From Eledone cirrhosa (taxonomy: Eukaryota), in the NCBI GenBank assembly GCA_964016885.1, contig OZ024742.1, forward strand, positions 192,944,001 through 193,008,000: DNA of 64,000 nucleotides, in the 5' to 3' direction. Positions 1-13,487 of the stretch are shown here, piece after piece. The notes below the pieces were generated by a model that saw only the letters and a list, made by a program, of their open reading frames with translations, was not told the origin of the DNA and did not search any database. How positions within the stretch are numbered: position 1 is the stretch's first letter; every line of letters starts with the position of its first letter. A program made the position numbers and the translations under genes.

Positions 1-203
1 GGTCATATTTGCGTAATATTGCCAGAATTAATAATAGAACACACTCACTGTTTGGTTGGTTTTCGCTTCTCGCTGTCTTTTATATATATATATATCTGCG
101 ATCTAACTTACTCGGTCCTCAATGTTACCATTGACTGACCGGCGGTCAAAAATAATACAGATACAATATAGACACAAACACATATATATAGTTTACATAA
201 TTT

Positions 204-243
204 ACATAAATCTTTCGTTGCACATCTGCAACATCGTCAGTGG
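204..243 (-). ncRNA. Minimal type-I hammerhead ribozyme in pLTR
   Basis: Minus strand reads CCA-CTGACGA-T GTTGC agatgt GCAAC-GAAA-gatt-TA-TG. Confidence 0.7.
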
Positions 244-508
244 TGTTATATTCATTGTTCCTCCTGTTGTGTTGTATGTCTACGCCATTTTTTTTGTTCA
301 GTCTGTCTATATATTTATTTATTTATTTGCTTGTTTGTTTATCTTATTTTATTTTGTCTTCTTTGCGCATGCGTTTGCGTGTGTGTATAGTGTTATGTGT
401 GATGTGTGACTAGTGTGTATAGTGTTGTGTCTGCTGGGTGACTAGTGTGTGTTTATGTGCTTGTGTATGTATTTATTTATCTTATTTTATTTAATTTTAT
501 TTACTTAT

Positions 509-3500
509 TTATACTTCTCTTAGGTCAGTGTTGTTTGTTTGGGTGTTGTTGTTGTTCCACTCATTCTTTCTGTTTAGCTTTGGTCTTCTAATTTCTATTT
601 CACTGGCCTCTCTGATTTGCCTATCTGCTGGGTCATTCCTATGTTTAGATATTATTCTAATTTCTATGTTGTCTATGTTACCGTCATGTTGTTGTCTAGC
701 ATGTTCGTATAGTACTGAACCGTTTTTTCGTCCTTTTAGTTCCCCCCAGTGTTGGTCTATCCTTTCACCTATGCTACGAGCTGTCTCACCTATGTATGTT
801 GTTGTCATGTTTCTGCAAGTACTCTCTGTACATCTTATGCTATAGACTACGTTTCTAGTTTTACAGTTTATCCGGGGGTTCACCTTACATATGATACATT
901 TCCTATTAGTACAGTGGGTTTTCTTAAAAGAGTAGGTTTTGCTGATCAGGGATTTTATGGTGGTTCCTGGCTTTTCTACCACCTTTATTTTTAAGTGGGT
1001 CTTTCTCAGGGCCTTTCTACACTGGTTAGCTAATTTCCCTCCAGGGGTGGCGTCCACAAACATGACACTCTGATATCTTTGGTTGTCGTACCATGATGTG
1101 GCCTTCCCTATCTTATGTCTAGCCCTATCTAAGCTATTCCATGATTTGCTCCTGTATAGTGGGCAAATTCCTTTCATGTCCAGTTCTATGAGGGTCTTAT
1201 ACTTTTCCATGGCTCCTTCGTATACTCTGACTCTGTCTCTTTGGTTGTAGCCAGAGAACTGCATGCGGTTGATGAAGTGTTGGATGTGTCCTTCCATTTC
1301 TGTTGGGTCGCACATGCTAGACACATTCTTCATCACTCGTACCAAATCTGCGATCAGAATATTAAACTTAGCACTACTGGACATTGCTGAGTTTTTGAGT
1401 ATCAGGTATTTGGAGGCCATGGGTTTAGCATAGTGTGAGTGGAGAATTTGGGCTCTCTCGTCTATAGTGTTAATCCAGAGTTCTGTGTCTAATACAGGTA
1501 GTCTATTGTTAGGGTGTTTGGAAGGGAAGTCTATAGTTACAGTTATACTCTGGTGTATGGAATTAGCTATCTGCTGGATGCTTTCCATCGTGCTACGTTC
1601 TAAATCAAACTTGTTAGTGCTCTCTAGTGGAGGTGTTCTTATAACTATATTGATATCGTCTACATAACGAGAGTACATGATGAGGTCTAAGGAGCTTTCA
1701 TTAAGGAGATCTTTAAGTCTCCTTTCCCACTATACCATGAAAAGGTTGGCAACATCACCAGCTATGCTGACGCCGATGGCTGCTCCCTCATTTTGGGTGT
1801 AGATTTTCTCATTGAACTTAAATATGTGGCCCTTTAGGGTAGTTTTGATACTAGCCCCTATTGCATGTGCGACCATTTTTCTTACCTGATCAGTGTTTTG
1901 GGGGGTCCGTATAGCTTTGGTCCACCCAATCCACCTTCCTATGGGAGTCTTTTTAGCCATTGAGGTTATGGTGGGGGGGTCTACCTCTTATAGGTCTACT
2001 AGGGCAGAAACATCTAAGGTCATGGCTGTCTAGGTAGTCAGTGTCGTAGGTAAGTCTAAGTAGGAGGCCCAGTTCGTCTGTGTCGACGTCGCAGAACTCC
2101 ACCTCACTCTCAATGATCATCTCCACACATCTTTTCACAGCAAAATCAATGTTAATGGATGGGTACAGTGACACCACATCCATGCTGCCTATTATGCAGT
2201 TGGATAGGCTCCTGTTTTTGTTGTACTCACTGATTCTGCTGAGGAGGTCCTCTGTACTTTCACATACATCTGGGAACATCTTGATTATGGGGCGTATAAC
2301 CATTGAGAGGAAGTAGGAGATCCTGTAGTTGCTAGCTATATTAGCTCCGCATACGGGTCTTGTTGGTGGTCCTGTTGTTGGGTCGTCGACTGTCTTGTGG
2401 TCTTTGCGGAGCCCATACAAGGGTGGTATGCCATTGTTAGACGCCTGGAAGTTGTTGGCAGTGCGTCTGCTTGGCTTTAGGATGTCAGTCCACATCATCA
2501 TGTGAGCGTTGAGGATTTTTTCTCTCCCATCGTGTGTTAGTTGTGCAACTTCGCTCGTGTTGGTGATGTGGGGTTGCATTGCCTCGATGTAGTTCGGCAT
2601 GCTATCTATTGACATCCTACCAGACTTATCTGTGGGTAGACACACTACCTCACCATCCCTTGTACGCTGCTTGAGGCTAACCAAGCCTTCTACAGGTTTT
2701 ATCCCAAGTTGTTGGGCCTCTGGTCTGCTCTGTCTCATAGTGTACCTGTCTACTACTTGTCTAATCTTATTTCTAGCTATGGTGAACTGTGCCTCCGTCT
2801 CGTCATCTATTTGCTGTGGTATGCAAACTCTTTTATTAAAGGGTAACCTCGTAGGATAGATATTACCCATCTTATATATTTTGTCAGCTGGGTTGAAAAA
2901 TAGTTTCTCTAAGGGGTTGTCGTTATTTCTATCGTCATAGTTGTGTGTGTTGCTATTATTGTTATCATGGTGGTTGTTGTTGTTTCTATCATTAGCATTA
3001 ATATTATTATTGTTATGATTGCTAGATGTATTGTTGTTTACTTCACCGTTATTGTTGTTGTTACTGTTATTTCTACCATTGTAGTTGTTACTTTTATTAT
3101 GTTTCTTGTTTTTGTTGATGTTGCTACATGTACTATTTCCATTATTACCACTGTGGTTATTGTTGTTGTTGTTGTTCGTATTGTCACCGTTATTACTACT
3201 GTGGTCACTGTTGCTGTGTCTGTGGTTAACGTTGCTATTATTATTATTATTATTGTGGTTGTTGTTGTTCTGTCTATCGCTAGTATTATTGCCATTATCA
3301 CTATTTCTCACTTTCCTGCCATTGTTATGGTTATGGCTGTTATTTCTATACCCAGAGTTATTGTTTATATTACTACTACCGTTATTATTGTTGTTGTTGT
3401 TTACCTTTGCATTCCAACGTATTTTTGTGAAACACTTTTCCAGCTCTGTTTTGCATTCCATAGGGTTAATCTTTTTGTAGATGGCAAATTTTGGTGGTAA

Positions 3501-4142
3501 CTTTAGGATTTGTTGTTCTTGTTCACTGATTAAAGTGTTCCCATAGATATTTACTGTGTGATCATTGGTAAATTCTTCCGGTAGTTTTACATCACTCATA
3601 CGGATGTTGTCGATGTTATCTGGGTATTTTTGAGAATATTCGATTTTCCTTTCTTGTAGTTTTTTCTTATTCATCCATTCTAATTTCTTCTTGAAATGCC
3701 TACAGCATTCGTTTTGAGCATATTTCGTTTCGCGTCGGATGACGCTCATGAAGTTATCTCTCTCGTTTGCTGTGTTGAGATTTCGGATTTCCTTACCGTT
3801 GATGCGTTTTTGTCTGTAGAGTGCGTTGACTTTTGTGTATGTTGTTCTTTTCATATTAACTGTTATTGTGTGTTTTAGCCGTTCAGCTTGTGTTTTGTTC
3901 AATAATAAATTATTTACTTGTTTTGATATGTTTGTTGTGTATGTTTTGGAGGAAACACAGTGTTTTAAGAAGCGGATTTGTTCTGTTGTTATTGTAGTTT
4001 TTATATAACAGAAAACAGTGTCTTTCAATAACCTTTCAGCTTGGCACAAGCTAATGCCATAGCGGCGATGAATTAGTTTTGCGAGGTTTTTTATATGAAA
4101 TCGTGTGTCGAAACAGATATTGTTATATTTGGGGAGGGTCAT
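509..4142 (-). pseudogene. PLE polyprotein (RT + Cys-rich linker + GIY-YIG endonuclease), about 1210 aa, two lesions
   Basis: Motifs PTDKSG, PLYGLRKDHK, RPVCGA, MDVVSLYPSI, GAAIG, RYVDD, LPVLD, NVVYSIRC...YIGETARS..ER..QH, RQIREA..I...PKLN. +1 frameshift in the G7 run near 1975 and in-frame TAG at 1730-1732 (MV*W). Confidence 0.92.
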
Positions 4143-4308
4143 ATTTGCGTAATATTGCCAGAATTACACACACGCAAACGCATGCGCAAAGAAGACAAAA
4201 TAAAATAAGATAAACAAACAAGCAAATAAATAAATAAATATATAGACAGACTGAACAAAAAAAATGGCGTAGACATACAACACAACAGGAGGAACAATGA
4301 ATATAACA

Positions 4309-4348
4309 CCACTGACGATGTTGCAGATGTGCAACGAAAGATTTATGT
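4309..4348 (+). ncRNA. Minimal type-I hammerhead ribozyme in inverted pLTR
   Basis: CTGACGA 4312-4318, stem II GTTGC/GCAAC, GAAA 4336-4339; inverted copy of 204-243. Confidence 0.7.
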
Positions 4349-4563
4349 AAATTATGTAAACTATATATATGTGTTTGTGTCTATATTGTATCTGTATTAT
4401 TTTTGACCGCCGGTCAGTCAATGGCAACATTGAGGACCGAGTAAGTTAGATCGCAGATATATATATATATAAAAGACAGCGAGAAGCGAAAACCAACCAA
4501 ACAGTGAGTGTGTTCTGTTATTAATTCTGGCAATATTACGCAAATATGACCCTCCCCAAATAT

Positions 4564-4607
<44 letters not shown>

Positions 4608-4652
4608 TGTGGTTAATTTCCTTATATATATATTTATATATATGTATATATA

Positions 4653-4745
<93 letters not shown>

Positions 4746-5018
4746 CCCGCTCGGACACCCCGTCTCCCTCTGCCCACTCCACCCGCCACCACCCCTACAC
4801 ACCCCACACTCTTCCACCACCTGTTTTACCCCCCTTTTAATTTCAGTTTATTTTGATCATGCTTTTATATTTAAATTTATTTCATTCCTTGTATTTTGAT
4901 CATGCTTTATTTTTATTTTTATTTTTATTTTTAATTTCATTCGCACCGTTTCCTTTCGCTATATGTCTCTCCACCACTCCCCTACACACCCTTTGAACTC
5001 TGTTCCCACACACTTCTC

Positions 5019-5050
5019 ACCTGAGGAAGGGCTTATGCCCGAAACGTCGT
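5019..5050 (+). ncRNA. Minimal hammerhead ribozyme, 5' pLTR
   Basis: CTGAGGA-A GGGC ttat GCCC-GAAAC-GTC; palindromic ACGT stem III; stem I only about 2 bp locally. Confidence 0.75.
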
Positions 5051-5565
5051 TCCCCACCAACACCTCACTCTCCAGAGCGTGAAATTAATAAACATTCGCT
5101 GTACTGCCTCTCTGTTTTGTTCCTGTTCAAATTTTTCCATTATATATAATACACGCTCACACGGCTTCCATTCCTTGGAACATAACTTAACTACCGGCTC
5201 AACCCCGATCTAATCCGCCGTGACCTTTCTCCGAACTTTACACACCTTCCCACACTTGGTCTTTCCTTCCACGCATTACCTCTGCTTGATTTTGTTACTG
5301 TACTTGTTTATTTCCGTATATGATTCCTTGCCTGTGTTCTTACAATTTTATTTCTATGATTTTTTGTTCACGATTGCCTGTGTTTTTACCTTTATGATAT
5401 TTTGACTTTAATTTTCCTGTGTTTACTCCCCCCTCCCTACGTTTTTCTGTTTCATTTTCCCTTCCCCGTCTCTGCCTATCCTTCGCACTCACTCCTTCGT
5501 TCACTCCACCCCGCTTCACACCCCTGCCTTCTCATCCCTCCCCCTGCTTTCACCCAACGCCCACC

Positions 5566-8341
5566 ATGCCCAGCCTGAGATCCTTTCTCCACCAACTACC
5601 TAATCGCCTCAAACTTTTCCCCACCCCCCTCCTCCCACCCTGCTATCTCCCCTCTGCCCTTCAACTCTCCTACCTTCTCTTCGCCAAAACCCGGCACTCC
5701 AGCCACATCCATTTCCTCAGCCACTGCCTCCGCCTCCACCTTATCCCCCTCGGCTTCCGTCTACACTTCCACCCTTCCCCCGCCGCTTCCCCCTCCACGC
5801 AACGTATCCTCACCCGATCCTCACGCCCCCTGATGCGCAACTCCATCCGCGCCTCCCGTTCCACCCTCCGCCAACTTGACCACCAACTGACCCCCACCCT
5901 CCTCCGCCTTAACTCAACCTGCCACCCCCTCCTCGCCCAAGCCATCCTCTCCTTCATCCAAAACCTCAACCACAACCTTTTCTCCTTCCTCAGCTCCACC
6001 AAAGCCCGCAAGCTACACTCATTCCTCCCAACCACCCCATCCACCACCACCCGCCCATCTCCATACGCCCACCACTCTCCACCTCTCCCTCGACCCACAC
6101 CTCTACCCAATCTCCACCCTCCACCTCACCCCTCACCACACCATCCCTTCCCCTAAACACCCAAACCCCACCACTTGTTGTCACCATACCCCCTGACCTC
6201 CCCCTCTCCGCACCTGAGCGCTCACTCCTTAGTAGAGGCCTTCGCTTCATACCCCAAACTCCGCACAGCGACGAGTTCCGCACCCGAACGGAAGTCGAGC
6301 GATTCGTGCGACGCACTAAGCTACAGGCACATTTCGGCCGAACGCCACCGGCTCCGAACGCCCCAGACCCGTTTCTCGCCCTGGGCCGACGACCATCCTC
6401 TTGGACGCCGGCCCCAGGGCAATTTAGCACCCTGGACGCCTTCGTCGACGCCAGCCGTAGCGCAGTAAATCGTTTCGACTTCCGCCACCGTTCCAAACGG
6501 TACAACATCTCACGGGGCGAACTCCTCGCTCTCCGCTCCCTCCGTAGCCGAGATGACATCGTCATCAAACCGGCGGACAAGGGAGACGCCGTAGTGGTGT
6601 GGCGCGCGGACCTCTACACGGCCGAAGCCCTCAGGCAGCTCTGTAACCCCCTCTTCTACCGCACTCTACTCTCCGATCCCACCCCCCTCTACCAACAACA
6701 AGTCTCCTCCACCATCAAAGATCTTATCGCCTCCTCCCTCCACCCCCACCGCTTCCAACCTCATCGTCCGAACCCCCCGCACCCCCACCATCTACTTCCT
6801 CCCCAAACTCCACAAAACCAACAACCCCGGCCGCCCCATCGTCTCCGCTTGCAACTGCCCCACCGAACTCATCTCCGCCTTTCTCGACTCCATCCTCGCC
6901 CCCCTTGTCACCACCCTCCCCTCCCACATCTCCGACACCAACCACGCCCTGCGCCTTTTCGATTCCTTCACCTACCCACCCGGCCTACAGCCCTTCCTCT
7001 TCACCCTAGACATCAAGTCCCTCTATACCGTCATCCCCCACGCCGACGGCCTACGCGCCCTCAAACACTACCTCGACCTTCGCCCCTTCCCCATTCCCTC
7101 CACCCCACCCACCTTCGCCTCGCCGAGCTGGTCCTCACCCTGAATTGTTTCTCCTTCTCGGGTGAGTTTTACCAACAGGTCACGGAGGTAGCCATGGGTA
7201 CAAGAATGGGCCCGAACTATGCCAACCTTTTTGTTGGCCATGTTGAGGCCCAAATCTTTGCCCAGTACACCGGCCCCACGCCCGAACTGTTCGGTCGTTA
7301 CATTGACGACTGTATCGGATCCACGACCCTCACCCGAGAACAGCTCGACTCCTTCCTCTCCTTCTTCTGCTCCTTCCACCCCTCCCTCCACTTCACACCT
7401 CTATCTCCACCACCCACGTCCACTTCTTAGACATCTCCGTCGCGTTCGACCCCTCCCACCACTCCCTCGTCATCTCCGCCTTCTTCAAACCCACCGACTC
7501 CCACTCTTACCTCGACTTCACCTCTTCCCACCCCACCCATACTAAACACTCCATTCCCTACTCCCAACTTCTCAGGATCTGCCGCCTCTGTAGCCGAGAT
7601 GCTGACTTTGAGTCCCAGGCCCTTTCCCTAGTCAGCCATTTCATCCGCAGAGGTTACCCCCCTCTCTCGTCCACACCGCTCTCACCCGCGCCCGTGCTGT
7701 CCCCCGCTCCACCACCCTCATCCCACGCCACCGCACTCCCACCCACCGTCTCCCCTTCCCCACCACCTACCACCCCTCCACCTTACCCCTCCACCGCACC
7801 ATCCGCCGCCTCTTCCGACGCCTCCTGTCCGACCCCTCCACCTCCCACATCTTCCCAACCCCACCACTCCCCTCCTTCAAACGCGCACGCAATCTTCACA
7901 CCCTCCCCGTCCACAGCTCCCTACCCCGCAACCCACGCTCTGCCCCCCCGGTTCCTTTCCCTGTTCTAGGCCCCGCTGCAACACCTGTCTCCACATCACC
8001 AACACCACCACCTTCCAGGGTCCCAACGGCCACTCTCTCTCTGTCCGGCATGCCTTCCGCTGCACCTCCTCCAACCTAGTCTACGGACTTATGTCGGACA
8101 GACGGGACGTCGCCTGGCGGACCGATTCACTGAGCACCTCCGACATATTCGTCTCGGGGGTAGTTCCCCCATCGGCCGCCACTTTGGTTGCCCTGGACAT
8201 TCCGCATTCCATCTCACAGTCTGTGGCCTACTCCAGTGCCACGGAACACCCGCCAATCGCCTTAGAGTCGAACAAAGAACTATCTTCATCTTACAGACCC
8301 ACACTCACCCCGGCCTGAACTCCCCACCCTTATTCCTTTAG
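5566..8341 (+). pseudogene. Neptune-like PLE RT + GIY-YIG endonuclease, several frameshifts
   Basis: IVIKPADKG, IYFLPKLHK..NPGRPIVS, TLDIKSLYT, AMGTRMGPNYANLF, RYIDD, SIPYSQLLR.CRLCS, PCSRPRCNTC, LVY..YVGQTGRRLADRFTEH, PGLN, stop TAG 8339-8341. Confidence 0.9.
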
Positions 8342-9752
8342 CCTTCGACCGCGCCCCTCCCCCCACACTTATCCCCCACTAACACCACTAACACACCCCT
8401 CCTTTTCACCGCCCACCCCACAACTAACAATACTAACACCTCCACTCCACCCCCTCATCTGACCACCCTTCCCACCTAACATACTAACATCCCTCCCTTC
8501 TTCTCCTCCTCCCCCTCCTTATCACACGCACACACCCACCGGCACATATATACACGCGCTCATACTAAACACACACCCTACTACCACCACTAACCCCCCC
8601 CCCCCCACCTCTAACCCCCCACATCTCCATCCCACCACCCCGCAACTAACCTCACTAACACCCCCTGACCCCAAGCACACGAACACACACACACCCTCGT
8701 ACACCACCAACTCTACACACCCTACCACCACTAACCCCCACTCACACCTGCATTCAACCCCTCCCCACCTCCCGTATACTAACACCCACTAACACCCCTT
8801 CATCAAACTACACACACACCAGTACACCACACTCCCTCCATAGAACTACACACACCCTTCTGTCCCCGCTCCACCCACACCCTCGCTCCACACTCACTCA
8901 AACCACTAACACCTCTACTAATACACACACACCCTCCTCACTCCAACTTTCACACCTACCCATCCTCGCCCCTTTACCATTCCACCAACTGCTGCTATGC
9001 CCTCTGACCACCTCCCAGCACAAACAGACACACATCACTCCCACTGCTTGACCACTTCCTGTTGCGCGCGCACCCCACATCTCTCCTCTTCCGGCCATCG
9101 CTTCATGGAATACTCGTACGTAGAACTTGACCACCACAGAATCCACTAAACATCATCGGATTTTACCAACTTTTCAACCATCCTCTTACGTAATCACCTA
9201 TATAACTCACCCACACACCCCCAAACATTTTTTTTCTACACACGCCACCTACACCCACAACACGCTTAAACCCCACACACACGTGCTTTCCACCACATAT
9301 TTACAGCCTCAGCCTCCTGATTCCACTCCCCCCACCCCTCTATCCACACACGCACACACACTCCGACCTACAACACACACCTCTTCCTGAACATGCAACC
9401 CCGTTCTTCCCCCAACCCTTACTTTCACATACACACACACACACACGTACAGCTACACACACACACCACCTTCAGCCCTCCCCGCTAGGACACCCGTCTC
9501 CCTCTCCCCACTCCACCCGCCACCACCCCTACACACCCCACACCCTTCCACCACCTGTTTTACCCCCCTTTTAATTTCAGTTTATTTTGATCATGCTTTT
9601 ATATTTAAATTTATTTCATTCCTTGTATTTTGATCATGCTTTATTTTTATTTTTATTTTTATTTTTAATTTCATTCGCATCGTTTCCTTTCGCTATATGT
9701 CTCTCCACCACTCCCCTACACACCCTTTGAACTCTGTTCCCACACACTTCTC

Positions 9753-9784
9753 ACCTGAGGAAGGGCTTATGCCCGAAACGTCGT
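9753..9784 (+). ncRNA. Minimal hammerhead ribozyme, 3' pLTR
   Basis: Identical core to 5021-5048. Confidence 0.75.
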
Positions 9785-9872
9785 TCCCCACCAACACCTC
9801 ACTCTCCAGAGCGTGAAATTAATAAACATTCGTTGTACTGCCTCTCTGTTTTGTTCCTGTTCAAATTTTTCC

Positions 9873-9919
<47 letters not shown>

Positions 9920-10176
9920 TACAATCTGACCAGGAATGCCTTTTGTAAAAATCAGTATATGGAACTATTGTCATCTTGCATGACGGTTTGAACTTTACAA
10001 AATCACCTGCCTCTTTGAGCTCAAATACCAACCCTACTTCCGTCTACAAACTGACCAATGAGAATCAAGACTATTCCTGCTGACAACGTTAAATTATTCC
10101 TAAGAAGCTCATATGTCCCAAGGCTCTGATACCATCAACACTATAAACACAGAGATGGCATATCTAAGAACTGAAT

Positions 10177-10233
10177 AACTGCCTGACGATGTCATAGCCA
10201 TTCAATTGCTATCATCGAAATATATATAGTAGT
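10177..10233 (+). ncRNA. Hammerhead motif in a degraded pLTR remnant (about 9920-10270)
   Basis: CTGACGA 10183-10189, imperfect stem II (tg..atagc/gctat..ca), GAAA 10217-10220, TATATA. Confidence 0.5.
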
Positions 10234-10278
10234 ATATAAAGGTTTATGAGTTCATGCAATTGACTTATGTTTCGTCAC

Positions 10279-10311
<33 letters not shown>

Positions 10312-10374
10312 ACATACACACACACACACACACACGCACACACACACATGTATATATACATATATGTATAATTT

Positions 10375-10468
<94 letters not shown>

Positions 10469-10569
10469 TCAGGTTATCAATAATGTAGTGATAATATATC
10501 GTTACGTTAGAGATGAACAGCGTACGTGCAGGTTTGCTCAACGAGTATAAATTATATTTCGGAGAAAAT

Positions 10570-11445
10570 GTAGAAAGGATGAATATAAAATGAAAGTGCT
10601 TTTTTTAAAAAGGAATTTATTAGGTATTGACATATGTTTCTGTAACAGACGGAATACCTATGTATCGCTGCTTGCGTAATCATATAATTATGTAATGTAG
10701 AATTATTTTGTATTATGAAATCCAAAAACATTTTATTAAATAACAGAATAGAGCGATCGTTATACTGTAACCATCGCTTAAAATCTACATTTTCATATTA
10801 TAAATACTACCAGGATTGAACGCCTGTCTCTATCTCCGTTTGATTGTCAAAATAGATATTAACATTCTTTATTAGTCTTAATTCTATCAACTCTTCTATT
10901 ATTTACCTTTTAATACTGCTATAGATAAAATGAGATTTCTGATTTCTTGATTCAATTCCCTAATGCATATACCAGCTGGCTACTAGCATTGATGTTATTT
11001 AGTAGCAATCGAAATCCCCCCTTCCCCAATTGACACTTTATAATTAATACCACTGCACCAAATGACCAGCCCTGTCCACTGTCCAATTGGTCAAGTAGAG
11101 ATTAAAATTGGCACTCCCAAAATTCTTATTTAGATTTACTCATGGTATTCTCATTAGAAACCCATTATATACTTGTTTAGCAGTAAATTAATTTAGCATC
11201 TGTCATATACTATCCCCTCTTTTTCTTCCTCTATTACTAATATAAATACTTCAATTTTTCTGATTTTATCCAATTTATCCAAAATCTCTGAAGAACTGAT
11301 TATACATTTGCTATCGAATACTTGCTAACATTATATGATTACGCAAGCAGCGATACATAGGTATTCCGTCTATTACAGAAACATATGTCAATACCTAATA
11401 AATTCCTTTTTAAAAAAAGCACTTTCATTTCATTTTCATCCTTTC

Positions 11446-11447
<2 letters not shown>
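10570..11447. repeat. About 115-bp inverted repeats (10575-10690 / 11330-11445) around a decayed interior; probable PLE remnant
   Basis: Arms are reverse complements. They carry GAAAC-ATAT-GTC with a degenerate upstream core (ATGATTA) and are bounded by (TA)n. Confidence 0.6.
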
Positions 11448-11481
<34 letters not shown>

Positions 11482-12269
11482 AGGAAATTATACATATATG
11501 TATATATACATATATATACATATACACCCGCATACAGGCACACACACATGCATATATGTATATAATGTGTGTGTGTTTGTGTGTGGACATGTGTATACGT
11601 TCATTCGGCAAAAACTTTATTGAAGGATGAATTCGAAGGAAGAAATATTTTAAATTTTATAACAAAAAGTGTTCCGAAGATTTAACATAAACATAACTTT
11701 GGCCGAAAGCATTTAACTTTTCCCTTTATATTTTTCTTTACAATTTGTCGTTTAGTATAACTCTCTTGAAGGTATTGATCTTTTTCTCATTGCCTTGTGG
11801 GATATTTTAAATATAGACAGAGTGTCTATACCAGAAGGAGAACAATCTACAAAAATACCAAAAAATAAGACTAATGAAATTGCTAAGAAGCCTTAGTTAA
11901 TCCACAATATAACTATTCACACTTGAAGTTGAATATGCACATGAAAATCTGAAATTGTATCCATTTAAAAACTATTGGAAACGATATAAAACAAACATTG
12001 TCTTGAATATATGAAGAACTATAAATTACAAATATGCATTCGTCAGGCGTAGAAATATGAGAACGATGACAATAATGCTAATACTTATAACGATAGTTTG
12101 GGAATGTTTGTCTATAGTAATGCTATCACGTATAAAACTAATTAAATGTATCTGAATTCATTTCGAGTAAACCTAAATGTGAAAATTTGTTTTTATATAT
12201 ATATATACATATATGTATATATATACATATATGTATGTGTGTATATATACCTTAATGGTCGCTATATTT

Positions 12270-12504
12270 ATGGTACGTCAAAATTATTTATAAAACTGGT
12301 TATATATTGTATTTTATCTGACGAAGGCATGCCATATTTTTAATATGGTATCCCTGAAATATGTATAATGAAATAAATATGGTTTTATAAATATAGTTTC
12401 CATTTGTTTAATATCGTATATCTACTCCCAAAACTTGCGAGTGCTTTATATCAGTTATAAAATATTTACTTTTTGTAACCCAACAATTTTAAATAAAACT
12501 TTTG

Positions 12505-12510
<6 letters not shown>
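12270..12510 (+). mobile_element. Solo pLTR of the Naiad-like family with HHR (12311-12375)
   Basis: attttat-CTGACGA-agg..ccatatt/aatatgg..cct-GAAA-tatgta; similar to 24040-24170 (inverted), 27100-27172 and 43000-43125. Confidence 0.7.
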
Positions 12511-12562
<52 letters not shown>

Positions 12563-12597
12563 AATATATATACACATATATATATACACACACACAC

Positions 12598-12646
<49 letters not shown>

Positions 12647-12852
12647 TGATATTAAAAAAATATCATCTATATATATATAGATGATATTAAAAAAAGAATG
12701 TAGGTTGTCTGAGAAAAAAAGAAGAGCGGAAGAGAATGAATATATAGTTGTTAGTTAAACATAGACAGGCACTTATATATACATACATATACATATATAT
12801 AATATATAGCGCCTTTATTCCGTGTATGACAATAAATAAATATTATTACATA

Positions 12853-12895
<43 letters not shown>

Positions 12896-12924
12896 GTACA
12901 CCTACATACATACACAAAAACCAC

Positions 12925-13257
12925 CTAACGTCCTCCGCGCTCGGAGCCCCTGTCTCAATCTCCCATCTCTCCCTCCATTCACCCACCACCACCCCTACAC
13001 GCCTCATACCCTTTCACCACTTGTTTCATTTTAATTTGTTTTCCCTCTAAAAAAATATGCCCCCCCCCCCCTTAATGTCTTTCCACTACTACCCCTCACA
13101 TCCTCGGAACTCTTTTGCTGCCCATTTTTCTCCTGATGAAGGGGTTATGCCCGAAACGTCGTCCCCCACCCTCCACTCTCAAGCGTGAACCTAATATTAC
13201 CACTTTGTACTGCCTCTTCGCATTGTTTTTGTTTTTTTGTTTTCTGTTTTAACTCTC

Positions 13258-13260
<3 letters not shown>
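12925..13260 (+). mobile_element. Diverged solo pLTR of the 4744-9880 family with HHR (13133-13160)
   Basis: CTGATGA-AGGGG ttat GCCC-GAAAC-GTC and flanks similar to 4744-5148. Confidence 0.75.
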
Positions 13261-13346
<86 letters not shown>

Positions 13347-13351
<5 letters not shown>

Positions 13352-13487
13352 CAAAGGAAATGTGGTAATGAACCAGATGGACCATAGCGCACCAAAGTAC
13401 TCAATACTTAGTATAGTAGAGTGGGTAATAGGAATAAGTATAACTCCGACGGCAGAGCTCAGGCCGTTTTGACGGCTAATTCTGGAC

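Larger units (their letters stand above)
1..4569 (-). mobile_element. Penelope-like retroelement (probably Nematis-like clade), near full length, with 3' pLTR running off the window start and an inverted 5' pLTR copy
   Basis: RT+GIY-YIG ORF 4142->509. 1-30 is a direct repeat of 4137-4166, and 4167-4569 is the reverse complement of the 3' UTR/pLTR (ORF 4164-4430 mirrors 122-409). The inverted arm ends in (TA)n. Clade call is from remembered motifs (PLYR..W, SVMFVDxTPGG) and is tentative. Confidence 0.92.
4744..9880 (+). mobile_element. Full-length Penelope-like element (Neptune-like) with about 400-bp direct pLTRs, inserted in (TA)n
   Basis: 4744-5148 and 9479-9880 are near-identical direct repeats, each carrying an HHR core. 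(TA)n flanks both sides. RT-EN reading frames lie between. Confidence 0.92.

Noticed and set aside
2943-3500. Hydrophobic membrane-like ORFs (poly-L, poly-V)
   Set aside because: Antisense frames of the Asn-rich tract
4744-9880. LTR retrotransposon interpretation of the 400-bp direct repeats
   Set aside because: No gag, protease, RNase H or integrase and no TG..CA ends or PBS; RT+GIY-YIG and HHRs indicate PLE pseudo-LTRs
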